The position numbers and the translations under genes are program-made. Under the pieces are notes generated by a model. That model did not search any database, was not told the origin of the DNA, and saw nothing but the letters and a program-made list of their open reading frames with translations. A DNA stretch of 64,000 nucleotides, taken from assembly GCA_965113315.1 (NCBI GenBank), contig OZ220366.1; one strand, 5' to 3'. This document shows positions 12,301 through 25,906 of this stretch, piece after piece. Position 1 is the stretch's first letter. Each line of letters begins with the position of its first letter. Origin of the DNA: Podarcis vaucheri (taxonomy: Eukaryota).

Positions 12301-14617
12301 CTCTCGATGCTCCGTGAAGATCAGTTTCCCACCACCAGGAACCTCCTTTTCTAGCCGAGTGCCAGATTCTTCCGTTCCCAGAAGTTTCGTCGTTTGGGAA
12401 CTCCGCTGAGCGCGCTTAACCCCGTGTCCTGTTGGGGCAGAGCCAGGCAAGCACAGAGAAGCACAAGGCGAGCCAGGCGTGGTGGAGGAGGAGGAGGAGG
12501 AAGAAGGGGTGGGGGTCGAGCTGGAGCAGGAGATCCACTCAGCGCTCTCTTCTCCATTCTGGGGAAGGGGGGGAGGAGGAGGAGGGAGGCATAGCTCACA
12601 AGGACAAAGCCAGAGCGGAGAATTCGGAGCCACTCCGGCCAAAGACCTCCAGGCGAACAACCTTAGGAGCAGAATCCAGCTCTCCCTTTCTTAGAAATGG
12701 GGAGTGGGCGGTGTGGGTACTTTGATTTTTGAGTGCCCAGTAGGGACTGACTTTGTTCCATACGACGGGGCTAGGCGAGCCTCACCTGTGTTTGGTCAAT
12801 ACATAAGCGGAGAGAGCCGGGGCAAAACTTACCTGCGGCTGCCTTGAGACACATTAGACTTGACAGAAGCAAACGGGGGCTCTGGCTCTCTGTGCGCGCT
12901 TCTGTTTGGGGTCTCCTTTCTGTGAGAAGGGCTGATGGGTGGGAGGGGAAGAGCAAAGCCCTTCTCTGCGGAATATAAGCGCGCCTGCCTTCGGAGCTCC
13001 CCTCCCCCCCTTCCCACAGACACCGGCTGCCCCCGAATGAGGTTCTCTGGCCCTTTATCACCCCGGAGGAAAGCTGCTTTGCGTTGGATTTGCCCGCGAC
13101 GCGGCTCAGTTCTTTCCCTCTTTGTCTGGAGCCCTGGCTCGCAGCGCTCCAGCCCTCGCTGGAAAGCTTCCCGACGAGGAGTCCGCGCAGAGCCAAGCAG
13201 GCAGCTCGACAGTTCTTTGCACGTCACATCTAAATACATCGGTAATTAGATGGAAGCACCGCCGGAAATGATAGATTGGCTGCATAGCTAATAGGGACGA
13301 GGACAAATAAAGCCTACAGCGTCTCTCCCCCCCCTCTCCCCTCTTCTCACTTGCTCCCTCCCTCCCTCGGATAAGTGGGCCCCTGGAAATCAAGCCCACG
13401 ATCTGGAGCGAGAACTGAAATTACACGTCGTCCGTTTTAGGGCTGTAATCAACCACGCAGATGAGAGTCTCGGTTGCTCCCCTGCTGCCTGCAAGCAGTT
13501 CTTCTTGAACGTGTTTGCTGCATGATTGTGGGAGGAGGGAACTCGGAGTCTTTTTAAACCCCTCTGGGTGTCTGCTAGCTAAATATATACACCTAGGAGA
13601 GCGAGCGAGCGAGGGATGGGAAGGAGCGGGTGTGTGTGTGAGGGGGGTGAGAATCCGATCATCTAATCAAGCCTCAGTCCCTGCGGCTGCATTTCCCACA
13701 CCCTTGCGCTTAAGCCGGTTAAGCTCCCTTTGCGACGTTAATGGGCCTCGCTGCACAGACGTAATTTAAGCGCCTCCTGGATCGCAGGCACAGGAAGCCC
13801 TTCCAGGGAGTCGTAAACGGCGGAGCAGCTAGCGCCTGGATTCTAAAGATAGTAGATGGAAGCAAACCCCGTCCATTTCAGGGCCTCGGGTTCTGCCTGT
13901 GGAAGTTTTCTCTCCTGGAAATCTGATGGCTTCCTCACTTCTCTTTCTGTTTGGGATCTAAGGGCTAACCTGCTGTGGGCAGTCCAACGTGGCGCTGCTT
14001 CGAAGTACTTGCTGTGGGAGCCTCTCGCTCCCCCTTTCCCAGCATAGCCTTTTCCCTCTAATGGGATTTCCCGCCCCCCCCCTTTATTTCAGTGTTTTCC
14101 ACAGCGCTTCGCATGCCCTTGGCTCTAAATAACTGTAGCAGCTGCAGAAATACTGAAGGAGCAGCGAGCAATCTCTGGCTTTACTGTAGGTGTTTAGGGG
14201 CTCAGGGCATGGGGCTTAGAGTCCCGCTACATCTCTCTCCTCCCCCCACCTTCATCCGGCCAGTTTGCACTTCTAATTTAAAAGTCCCTGTTGCAATCGC
14301 CACAGGCTTCCTACAGCGTTCTGTAAGCAGGAGGGTTGAAAAGGGAGCTCCCCACAGACGCTATGATGTAGGGCGTATTTTTTTGGGTGGCTTGCCAAAC
14401 TTCAGGCAGAAGAGAGCAAGGCCCATTTTCAAGGCCAGCCAACGCCTGTTTTCTGTTGTGGCTAGTCAAAAGACCCCCGGCTTCAAAACACATTTGGTTT
14501 AGCGGCTGGAGTGTCCCGTGTAAATTTGGAAAATTCATTTCTCCAGTTTAGTCTTGACGGGGCGGCCTCCGCCTCTGTATACGGTTATTTGCCTGAGGAG
14601 AAGGTGATATCAGCATA

Positions 14618-14835
14618 CAGTGGTACCTCGGGTTACATGCGCTTCAGGTTACAGACTCCGCTAACCCAGAAATATTACCCCAGATTAAGAACTTTGCTTC
14701 AGGATGAGAACAGAAATCGAGCAGCAGCGGCGGCAGGAGGTCCCATTAGTTAAACTTGTGCTTCAGGTTAAGAACAGTTTCAGGTTAGGAAAAGACCTCC
14801 AGAACGAATTAAGTTCTTAACCTGAGGTACCACTG
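14618..14835. mobile_element. Tc1/mariner-superfamily (Tigger/pogo-like) MITE, copy 1
   Basis: TA|CAGTGGTACCTCGGGTT ... AACCTGAGGTACCACTG|TA terminal inverted repeats with TA TSD. Confidence 0.9.
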
Positions 14836-15050
14836 TAGTAGTTTAGGTATTCGCTCCCTGGAGGGAGGATGAGGAACCCAAAAGACCTTATATCGCAAGA
14901 CCTCGTTCCTAAAGCATTTTATCAGAGGCAACTTACGCAGCCATTTTGAACCATCAGGAGTGCTTTAAGCACATCCTCAGTATTCCTTAATAACACCTCT
15001 GTAATGTAGGCTAGTGTTGTGTTTGGCTTGCCCAAGGTCATCTAGGCTGC

Positions 15051-15208
15051 CTACACAACATACATTTAAGGCACGCACCTCCCAGAACCCTGGGAACTGT
15101 GGTTTGTTAAAACTGCTGAGAATTGTAGCTCTGAGAGGGTAAACTACAGTTCCCAGGATACCTGGGAGTGGGTGCTTCATATGTGCTTTTAAGGCATGAT
15201 TTGTGTAG
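15051..15208. mobile_element. Palindromic MITE-like repeat (second copy at 2311-2449)
   Basis: CTACACAACATACATTTAA / TTAAGGCATGATTTGTGTAG ends; inner CTGGGAACTGT...ACAGTTCCCAG. Confidence 0.65.
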
Positions 15209-15510
15209 TAGTGAGTTCCTACTAGATGAGCTGAGATTTGAGCAGAAGATTTCCAATCTGACACTCCTTTCTACACAACACCAGCTCTCCACCAGAAGTT
15301 ACGTCTGGGATAAAGGCTTTAATGGTCAGCTGGGGCAAAGGCATTTAGTTATAGCTGAGTTGGGGACTAGGCTGGAGACAACCCTCCTTCTTAAAATAAG
15401 CCCTCTGATTTATTTATTTTTAATTGTCCGGCTTTTGCTGTGGGTTGGAAGGTGTTAACCGAATGTAGAAATGAACTGAAGCATTTTAGAAGCCCCCTTG
15501 GATCAGGCCC

Positions 15511-15547
<37 letters not shown>
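15511..15547. repeat. (CTAT)n microsatellite
   Basis: Direct reading. Confidence 0.95.
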
Positions 15548-15599
15548 CATTCATCCTGCACAGCAGGCTTGTCCCGGCTTCTGTTCAGCGGCTGCTTGC

Positions 15600-15905
15600 T
15601 TGGTTTACATACCAGGCGTCGCGGCGCAACGCACCATCTCGCGTTTAGCCCTCCATTTCCAGGGAGGCCTCACAAACAGCCATGCAACACGATCGGCACC
15701 GCAGCCTCCGGTGCTTTCGCCTGCTGGGCTTGCTTGTTAAAAATAAATGCTAGTGGTAGCGAGGGTGGGAGAGAGAAGGTGGGGAGGAGGGGAGGCGGTG
15801 GGTGGGTGCGTATGTTCCTCCTCTTCCTTCCTCTCCGCGCAATGTTGCACTAGCCAGTTAAATAGATCAAGCAGATTCTTTCCAGAGAGCCAGACTAACG
15901 TCGTT

Positions 15906-15955
<50 letters not shown>

Positions 15956-17530
15956 ACATCCGAAGGAGGTGGGGTGGGAGGGAGGAAGAACGCTAGAGCC
16001 CTCCCTGACTCGAGCGTGGAGCGGAGGCCTCGTTTGCAGACAGGGGGAGTTCCCATTTCCGCGAGCAGCGCCGGCTGCGTTTAATCCTTGTGTGTCCTTT
16101 CCCCCAAGCCGTGCTGATAAACGAGAATTACGCTGAAGCGACCTCCCTTTTCCTCGGCCCTGTTCAACTGTCGGTCCCTGAATCGCGAGCAAGCAGCCGG
16201 GGCGTGCTTTCCTGGCAAAAGTTAACGAATGTTTCACAAGGGCTCCTCTGGCGCGCGCGGTGACTCTTCCTGAATGGATGAGCTGACTTTCGGGCAGAAA
16301 GCAAGGAGGCCACCAAGTCGAAGGAGCGAGCAGCACCCCCCCCTCCACACCGCGTAGAAAATCAGTTTGTCCTCTTGAAGCGTATTCATTTTCCTTATTT
16401 GCTAGGGAACCAAAGTACTTTGCAGCTTAGGCTTCCTGAAAACACAGACGGCTAAACTAAAATTCCTCATCACTTGAGAAACCTATGCACGCGGTTCTTG
16501 CCTCGTGGTTACCTGTCAAAGATTAGAAAGCCAGGGCAGAAAAGCGGTGATAGCTGCGGCGGCAGCTCATTTCCTGGCCCTTCCGCTTGCATTTAAATTA
16601 TGCACACACACCTGGCCCATTTCATCCGCTGCGGTGCTGTGAGGAGGGCAGGTAGGAGGAAGCCCGCGTGGAAGACGATCCTTTGGCTGCATGAAATATA
16701 ATTTCGTGATCTGCAAGACACTTTCCAGTATAATCTCATTATGCACCACAGGCTCCCGGTGTTATTTTGTAGGAGGCGGACAATGATCAATTTACATTGA
16801 CCTGGGGCTGGGCAAGCTTTTAGATGGTAATTGCCATATTGATTTGCATGAGAGGGAGAGAAGGGGGCGGGGAAGGGGAAGACTGGCTAAAATTAAACAC
16901 CGGAAGCTAAATTAAACTAAATTTAATGTCTAGGCACAAACGTAAAAGACCTGCTAAACTCCTGGGTTCTTAGCTAGGCGTCTATTTTTAGAACCGTGGA
17001 ACTTGGAGGAAGAGGGAGGTGGCTTGGGTCGCTTTGAACGTTATCCGGCTCTGTTCCAGAGAGCGAGAGTGGGAATCCTGAGCGATCCCACCGTGGAAAT
17101 CCGCGCGAGTCCCTTGGAAGACTTCCGATCCTTTATGGAATTTCGGCCGTGTCCTCTCATACGTTATTAAGTAAAAAGAATATATTGGATCGCGAGTGAG
17201 TCTTGTCTTCCAGAAGGCAAGGACAAGGTTTTAATTTTATCATAAGGCAATTAGAGGAGAAAAATACAGAATCCGGCAGCAGTCGCTTCCCTGGAAACTG
17301 GCTGTGCGGAGAGTTGAGTGTAGTCAGCGAACCGTTAGGAAAGGGGGTGGGTGACTGTTCCGCTCTGCGGCACATCTCCTTAGAGGAAAGCATTCCGTGC
17401 ACTTTGTATCGCCTTAATTTAGTAGCAGCAGGAGAGCTGGGCGGGGGAGGGGAGGCACCCCACTTCCTCCCAAAGTGCGCCGCAGCCGCTCTCTGGAACA
17501 CGCGTGCAAAAGAAGCCACGAAACAGCGCT
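15600..17530. promoter_or_regulatory. Intronic CpG island with an AT-rich enhancer-like core (16560-16940)
   Basis: CG-rich flanks; core has octamer ATTTGCAT, ACAATG and multiple TAAT motifs. Confidence 0.6.
15909..15952. repeat. (GT)n microsatellite
   Basis: Direct reading. Confidence 0.95.
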
Positions 17531-19449
17531 GACCATTTTTGGTATATTGGGGACACTTCTCTTCGCAAATGTTCTCTGTGCAGTTGGATCCTATGCAAGC
17601 TTGTTCATTGGGGTGTGTGTGTGTGTTCATTCAAATAAGTATGGATAGGATTGCAGCTTTGACCTGCTTTACTTAGTGTCTAAGGCTACAGTCCCGCGCA
17701 CATTTTTCTGGGAGTAAGCTTTAATTAAGGCGATGGGGCTAGCTTCTCAGTACAGTTACCTTGCAATTTAAACACATTTAACCTGTGGGCATTCAGATTA
17801 GCAAAAAAATTTGAGGTGGGTGTGTGGGAATTAAAAGGGGGTAGAAAGAGTGTCTGTGTCTGGACAGAAAGACTTTGGCAATCCCTTGCACCCTATATGT
17901 TTTGACTATATGCGATTTTAGCTTTAGGTGGGATCCTTGAGCGTAATGCCTGCCTACGGTAAACTGAGACAAACAAAAACAGAACAAAAAACCTGGTCAC
18001 TCCTCTAACACCTAAATCCTAAACAAATTAGTTGGAAGGAAGGCCCGCTAAAATGACTGGGGCTTCCATCCAGGTCTGGAGGCCTGATGTCTTAAACCTC
18101 AGTGCTTTCATTTGTGTGCTGTTGTTGTTTAACTTGAAAGCATTCTGCTATTAGTCAGTCGAGGGGGCTGCAGCAGCACGGAAAGATCCTGTTTTACTCA
18201 GAAGCTAGGCCCACTTTGCTCAGTTAAGCCTTCTCCTTAAAGAAGTGTGCAAAGGACTGCAACTTCAGATTCCAAAAAATGCACAAACTGGGATACTTGT
18301 CATACTTCAGGAACAGAATACTCTGCTGCTTTTTGTTTTTGTTTAAGAAGGGAGAGCATGCTGACTTAATGTTTCTATCAAAAGGTACAGCTCTAGTGAT
18401 CAGGAATAAAATCAGTTTCCCACATCTGAACAAAATTGCAGTTGTGGCTGCCCTTAGGATGGGAGGCTCTTGAAAAGTGAAGGAAAGTGAATTGGTAGAG
18501 TTCAGGCTATATTTACTTTGTGCTTGTTTTGGTGGGGGGGGGGTAAGAAGTAAGCGGATGTTGTCTATTTTTGCACTGCAAGGTTGTGCTTTCCATCAAG
18601 GAAGTGAATTGTAGGCTTAGATGAAGACAATCTTGCTTAGGCTTTTCAGAAGACTTCAGTGGTGTTATTAAATGCAGGAGGGGGTGCAGGCTTAGAGAAG
18701 CAAACTTGCTTGCTTGGAAGTAGGTCATATCCGCCATCCTATGCACACTTCCTTGGAAGTAGTTTCCATTAAAATCCTTGGGGCTTTCTTCAGAGTAAAT
18801 ATTTAGGATGGATTGAAACTACCCAAGCATTAAACAAAGAAACAAACAAACAAAAACAGGGTAGCTTATAATAATTCCCTGCATAAATTCAACCAGGGAT
18901 ATCTAAGCCACATTAAACCCACATTCATAGAAAGTGAGATTTGGAGCCCAGATTATTGACAGGGATTGACAGGTTCCTGGGGGCTTGTAATGGCCCTATT
19001 TGATGGGGCACTATATTTGGGGCTGTGCTGGTTTTATTTCTGATGTCTGTATATATAGATCTGAGCATGCACAGCCTATAATAAGACCTTAAGAAGTGCA
19101 GTGCTGGACCAGACTGGGGGTGGGGGGAGATGCGTTTAGTCCGGCATTCTCTTTCAACAGTAGCCAGACTGATGCCTCTGGGAAATCTACAAGCAGGGCA
19201 GGAAGGCAACACAGCTGTCCCCAGACTCTGGTATTTATGTAATAATAATAATAATATTTTAATATATGTGGCCTGCTCGTCATTGACAAACAAACCCAGT
19301 GTGAGATACAATTAATAATATATAAAAATTGAAGTATTCCATAAGACAAAAAGGGGAGCAGACAATAAATCAACACAACAAACAGCACTGCACAAATGAT
19401 AACATAGAAGGATTCTTACTGGCACTAATACCCACAAATGCCTGGGTGA

Positions 19450-20927
19450 AAAAGTAGGTCTCCAGCTGGCAGCAGAAAATATTCTGGTACATTGGCCTTT
19501 GAAAAGGGGGTTCCATTTAGCTATCATGTGAAGGAGCTGCGATATCCTCTATATGCATTTGTTTAGCCCATTAAAAGCCATCCTATTTAGTGGCATTACC
19601 ACATCCTGTGACAGCGAGTTCCATAAATTTACTTTTGTACAGTATTTACTTTTGTCAGGTCTGAATTGACTTCTGATTCATTTCATTGGGCAATCTTAAA
19701 CTCTAGTATTTTGAGAAGTGGAGAAACTTTTTTTAAAAATCATACACCCTCTTCAAACTATTCACAACTTTAAAAGTCTTTATCCTGGTAAGGAATCTGT
19801 CCCCCTTCTGTGTACCTTTTCCAGTTCTATAGTTTCCTTATTTAGATGGGGCAATAGAACTGCATGCAGTGCTCCAAAGGTGGCCCAACCACAAATATCT
19901 AGAAAGGCTGTAAGGCTTATACTTCTAGCCCTGTTTGTTCGGCACGCTTGCATGTAAACAGTGATGTAGAGGCTGGTGTGTCACCTCACCCTATTCACAG
20001 CCCTCCACAAACTTGAAGGCAAAAGTCTGAAGCAGGGAACCTCACCTATCTACTCATGGAGGCTTTATGTACAGCTCAGAACCCTGCCGTTTCTATATCA
20101 GCTGGGAGCCTTCTTGCATGGAGGAAGGTTCCCTGCTTTAGAATTTTCCCCTCAAGTCCATGGAGGGTTGCAAAATGGATAAAGGTGATGTTCTGGAGAA
20201 GGCAAAGACATGCAAGCCTGTCTCTGTTCCTTCTTGCATGATTGTCCACATATGACTGCAGTGAATACCCAGAGTGGCAAGTTGACTTTGCCTCTTTCAA
20301 TACAGTGGTACCTCGGGTTACAGACGCTTCAGGTTCCAGACTCCCCTAACCCAGAAATAGAAACTGCGCGGTGGTGGTGCAGTGGCAGCGGGCGGCCCCA
20401 TTAGCTAAAGTGGTACCTCAGGTTAAGATGAGTTTCAGGTTAAGAACAGACGTCCAGAACAAATTAAGTTCTTAACCTGAAGTACCACTGTACTTCTGCA
20501 CACTGAAGTGGGGTCCGTCCCTCCCTCCCTCCACATTGATTTGTCTGCCATGATTCCTGGATCTTTCCTGGTTGGTCACTGCTAGGTCAGCTCCCATCAT
20601 ACGAAGTTAGGCTTTTGTGCCCCAGTGTGCATCACTTTGCACTTAGATAGAATTCTGTTGGCCATCTTGTCGGCCAATTGCCCATCTTGGAGTTCTTCAT
20701 AGTCTACTTGGGATTTTACCAATCTGAAGGATTTGGATGTTATCCATAAACCTGGCTACCTCATTACTTGTCCTGGATTTCAGATTGCCTATGGGGGGTG
20801 GGGGACAGGTCTCAAGTCTGATCCTACCCCACTGCTTATTTCTCTCTATTGTAGGAAATTGTTTCTTTATTTGTACCCTCTGCTACTCATACTTTAATCA
20901 GTTACCAATCATTAAGAAGACTTGTCT

Positions 20928-20930
<3 letters not shown>
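19450..20930 (-). mobile_element. Old degraded CR1 LINE remnant, interrupted by a MITE
   Basis: Minus strand gives VGPPLEHCMQFYCP (CR1 RPHLEYCVQFWSP-like, ~19850-19890) and a KCKVMHLG-like remnant near 20620-20690; many stops. Confidence 0.65.
20303..20490. mobile_element. Tigger/pogo-like MITE, copy 2 (internally deleted), nested in a CR1 remnant
   Basis: Same TIRs and TA TSD as 14618-14835. Confidence 0.9.
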
Positions 20931-20933
<3 letters not shown>

Positions 20934-20982
<49 letters not shown>

Positions 20983-21920
20983 TAATAATAATAATACCAC
21001 TTCTACCATCTGGCTGGGTTTCCTCAGCCACTCTGGGCGGTTTACAACATATCTAAAAACATAATAACAACATCCTTAAAAACTTCCCTAAACAGGGCTG
21101 CCTTCAGATGTATTCTAAAAGTCAGATAGTTGTTTGTTTCACTGACATCTGAAGGGAAGGTGTTCCATAGGGAGGGAACCACTACTGAGGGCCCCATTAC
21201 TGAGAAGGCCCTCTGCCTGGTTCCCTGTAATTTCGCTACTTGCAGTGAGGGAACCAGCAGAAGACCCTCAGAGGAGGACTTCAGTGTCCGGGCTGAGCGA
21301 TGGAGGCAGAGATGCTCCTTCAGGTATACCGGGCCAAGGCCATTTAGGGCTTTAAAGGTCTGCACCAACACTTTGAATTGTGCTCAGAAACATACTGGGA
21401 GCCAGTAAAGATCCTTTAGGACCGGGTGTCCATTCCCAGTCACCAGTCTAGCTGCCACATTCTGGATTAGTTGTAGTTTCTGGGTCACCACGTAGAGTGC
21501 ATTGCAATAGTCCAAGCAGGAGATAACTAGAGCATGCACCACTCTAGTGAGACAGTCTGCAGGCAGGTAGGGTCTCAGCCTGCGTACCAGATGGAGCTGA
21601 TAAACAGCTGCCCTGGGCACAGAATTGACCTGTGCCTCCATGGACAGCTGTGAGTCCAAAATGACTCCCAGGCTGCACACCTGTTCTTTCAGAGGCACAG
21701 TTACTCTGTTCAGGACCAGGGAGTCCCCCACACCCACCCGCCCCCTGTGCCCCAATAACTTCTTGTCTTGTCAGGATTCAGCCTCAATCTGTTAGCCGCC
21801 ATCCACCAGCCAGCCGCCTCCAGACACTCACACAAGACCTTCACTGCCCTCACTGGTTCTGATTTGAAGGAGAGGTATAGCTGGGTATCATCTGCATACT
21901 GGTGGACACCCAGCCCAAAG
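20934..21920 (-). mobile_element. 5'-truncated L2-clade LINE with (TAT)n tail
   Basis: Minus-strand peptides HQYADDTQLYLSF (YADD at 21887-21898), VVHALVISCLDYCNALY, LQLIQNVAARLVTG, FKALNGLGPVYL and PSLWN; frameshifted. (AAT)n at 20934-20996 is the tail. Confidence 0.88.
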
Positions 21921-22999
21921 CCTTATAAAGCCGTATATTATTTTACTAAATGTTAGTTGTTATATGCACTTAGAATTTTGCTTCTCAATTGCTGTGCTGG
22001 CTTCTTTTACCCAGCACATTGGTTTTGCCATAACTTGTGTGTTTTTAATTCCCACCACCTAATTAGGACAAGACTTTCATTTTGGAATAGGGGAACCTTC
22101 TTAGCTTTTTATACCTTTGTTTACACTGCTCTTTAACCATGCTGGCATCTTCCATAATGTGAACTTTAACCTGTAGATCAGGATTCAGTTATCAGGGTGT
22201 GCACTGTGGCAACAGAGCTTAACGCATGTACTTCTAGGTACACTGAGTTCAAAGCAATCAGTCAATGAATCAAGTGATTCTGGATTTACTGTGGCTTGGG
22301 CAACATGGTAATGGCTGCAATACAATGAATACTATACTTACTTTGGAGTAAGTGCCAGTGAACTCATTGAGGCTCACTTATGAATACACATGCAGTTTCA
22401 GGTTACCCATTTGCACATTATAATTGGCATAGGCAAATTCTTATCAGGAGGATGACTGGCTTCCTTGAAGGAAACCCCAAACCCAAAATAAGATGTGTGG
22501 TTGCAATCCATGAGCTATGTTTGCTCAGTAGTTCTATGCCACCTCTGCAAGGCCTTTCCTGACATAGTGATAGATTGTAGAGTGTGCATAATTTTGAGTG
22601 CCTACAGCATTTTCAAAAGGAGCAAGTTGCTGGGGGAGGCCAAAAGACAGCAATTAAGCGAATTCCAGGTTTGCTAAATAAGTGCAACATTAAAGAGAAG
22701 GGGAGCACTTGGAAAAAAATATATATGGGGGTGGTGAAAAAGGAGTATTTGGCAATAATCCTATTCACTTTGTGGAGAGTAAGTATTTTGCTTACTTTCT
22801 AGTAGACATGCATAAGGACTCTACTCTGGTTTAAGAAAAAATAAGCAAAGGGTTTGGTGGTGCTTTCAGGCTGATATGTTTGTTGTGGTATCTGCTATCT
22901 CGGGTAGGCCAGGGGAGAGTTCTTTTGTCCCCTGTACTCTGAACAAGCTGAGATGTTACTTGAACCATGGGTTGTTAGTTTCAGGAACACTTTACAAGC

Positions 23000-25865
23000 A
23001 GAAGCCAAGCAGAGTTGTAAAAAAGAGAGAGAGGAGTGGCTGAAACGCCCCCCTCCCCCCAGTTAAGGAACCTCAGAGCAGGAAGTGACTGGTGCGCCTT
23101 CCTCCCCACTGAGTCTCGGTTCCTGTCATCTCCCTTTCCTCCTGGCTGCTTCTTGGCCGGGCGGGTTGGGTAAACCACGCTCGCAGTTGGTCTTGCAAAA
23201 GAAGCTGCAGTTCCCCATCAATAATCCTTTCTGATCATTGATTGGAGAGGAGGAGGAGATGGGGTGGCCCGGATGGACAGTGGCCTTCCTGAGAGCATTG
23301 TTTCTCGCCACAAGGTTGCTGTTTGGGCGCGTTCCACCTGGCCCATGCCTGGGCTCCCATTCTAGACAGCGCTTAAACTATTACGCCGATCAGGTTGCAT
23401 TGTTTTAGTGGAACCAACCGGATCCGTGAAACCAAGTGGTTCGGCTAATCTGGTCTCGGGGAATGGGTCGAAACGGAGCGAACCGTAAATGTTTCCAGTG
23501 GCTTCGTATATCTGACCAAAGAGCCCCGTCCTACAAACAGTTGAGCGCGCCTAAATCCTGCAGCGGGTCCTCGGGCTGTGATGCAGCCCTCCTAATAATG
23601 GCCAGGAAGCCGGTACCACCGGCTGAGCATCCTTGCTTACTGCTGAGTAACGATGATCTGGGTGCGGAAGCAAACATCCAAAGGTCCGCTCTCAGGCACA
23701 TTTCCTTAGAGGTAAGCCCCACTAAGTTCAGTGGGACTTCTTCTCAAGGAAGTCTACCCAAGAGGGCTGCAGCCTTAAGCGCCGGAGATTCCTTGTACGT
23801 GTAATCAAGAGCATAAAGAATACGGGTGGGAGGAGGAGACGGCTGGCGAGCTTGGAACAACGGCTTCGCCCCAGTGGATGCGACGCGAGGCTGGCCTGCG
23901 TGGATGTTTCGAGGCTGTTTTGCTTTTGGCAAGAACGGAGAGTCCCCGACCTGATTTCCCCGCCCTCCCGCCTCATCTCCTTTTCAATCAGGAATATTGG
24001 ATCTCTTCTCTATATACAAATTGCTGGTATGAAAGGGAAGGCGGATGGGGGCGTGGGGGGAGCCCAGCCCGTGTAGATGGAGGCAGGCATAAACTTGTGA
24101 GATCAGGTTTCCTGCTGAGTTCCCGAAGGAGAAGTCAGCATTTGATTGAAGCTACACTTGGTTCTTGGTTCCCAGGGGGACAACAGCCCTGAAATACGAG
24201 AGCGCTCTCGCTCCCTCCCCCGCCCCCTCCCGTCTTCCTCTCTAAAAGCCTTTGTGCTGAAAGAGCCTCGGTAGGCACGAAGCGCTGCTCTCTCGCAAGA
24301 ATGTGTTGCAGCCTTTGCTGACATTATTTTGTTAGCAATGGTTTTCTCTTTCTCCCTCCTCTCTCCACCCGCCCCCCCCCCCCCACTTTGTACAGCGGCA
24401 AGCAAATAAATTGCCAGCTCGGCTGAGGCACCGGTTGTAACTGACCACAGCAGGGCTACAAAGACGCGGATGCTTGGAATCGCTCGCCCGGGAGAATTTG
24501 GCTCGGAAGTTGGGTGCTGCGGAGGCAGCGGCTCGTCTGTCGGAGACACAGGAGCTGCGCTAGCGAAACCTTTTAACCTTTAGTAGCTAGAGCTGGAGTC
24601 TGCGCCTCCCGCTGTCTCGAGCACAGGCAGAGCCCCAGATCCAAAGACCCGCGCAGGCCGATCCTATGTCTTCTCCCTCGGAAGTAAGTTCCCTCGAGCT
24701 TACTGGTTTGCCTTGGTTGGGGTGAGATGCCGCCTGGGGTTTCGGCTTGCAGTGGAGCAAGTTCCCTGCTTTCCTGTGGCAGCGAAGAAGGCACAAACAA
24801 TCCTTTGCCGCGCCGGCAGCCCAATCCAATGCGTGGTTACTCGGAAGTAAGTTAAATGGGACTTATTTCCAGAGAAGTCTTGCGGTCTACCCCATGCGCA
24901 GTTAACGTGGGGGAAAAGCCCATTTAAGGACTCTTGTGCGTTTTGCTTCCGGCGAGTAATCTTGCATCGGGTTAGGCTGTTACAGTTTCTAAGGTGAAGC
25001 AAGACGCTTAGGCTGCCATCTCTGACACACTTTAGGAGTAAGCCCCAATGGTTTAATAAAATTTAGGAGTTGGCAAGTAAGGAAATGCACCGCCAATTTC
25101 CTCCCTTCCCAACCGCTTTAGTTTCCCCGCGCCTCTTTCGTATCCTAGTTTTTCGGCTGTATTTTCGAGAGTTTTTTTTAGAAAATTATTTTTATAAAAA
25201 CAGTAGTAATAAAAGAGGGGCGAAATGGAAAACAAAAAGAAACGGTCTTGAGAGGTTGCTTATGACACAGGCCTGTTTGTCAGTTGCCAGGGGTCTACGG
25301 AGGTACAACCACGAGATTTACTCCCTTTGCAGAGTTAACTGCATTCGCACACTGGAGCCAGCCAGCCTTCTTGACTTGAGCAGGGCCGGCTGCCATGTAA
25401 ATGTGTTTAGGGTCAAGAGTTAATTTTCGCGGCTGTTGGTGCCTCCCAAAGCTGCACTCTTGGAGACCGCAGCTGAGACTCGGCCTGCACAGCTCCAGCC
25501 ACCTGGTCTCCCCGTCATAATCGAGATGAATTGCGCTGAACCTAAAGGCCAGCTACTCGAGAGGAGGAAAGCCGCAGGCTGGACCGGGGTCTCTTTCCCA
25601 AGTAAAAGGCTGTGTGTTTGTTCCGCGGTGAGGGTCGCCTGGGCTTTGAACAAGTAGTTGGTGGCAAATTGCCCGCTGGCCCAGAGAGACCAAAGCAGCT
25701 ACAGTATTTGCCCAAAAGATCAGGACACCTAAGCAGCTGTTCCTCCGGTTCCTGAGGACTTTGGCATACAAGAGTTGTATTTTACGCAGCAGGGTTTTTT
25801 ATTTTTAAGGATAGGCAAATAGTTCAATTGCTCAATGAGTACATATAGGGTGCCTAGGAGGACAC

Positions 25866-25906
<41 letters not shown>

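Larger units (their letters stand above)
6560..14100. promoter_or_regulatory. Large CpG island, likely main BCOR promoter region
   Basis: Very GC/CpG-rich with GCC/GGA runs, a YY1-type AACATGGCG at 8741-8749, and few recognisable transposon copies. Confidence 0.8.

Noticed and set aside
3900-13400. Many 150-280 aa ORFs on both strands (e.g. 4011-4733, 6963-7757, 7316-8146)
   Set aside because: Low-complexity Arg/Gly/Pro/Ala frames are expected in CpG islands; they overlap in all frames and show no recognisable domain.
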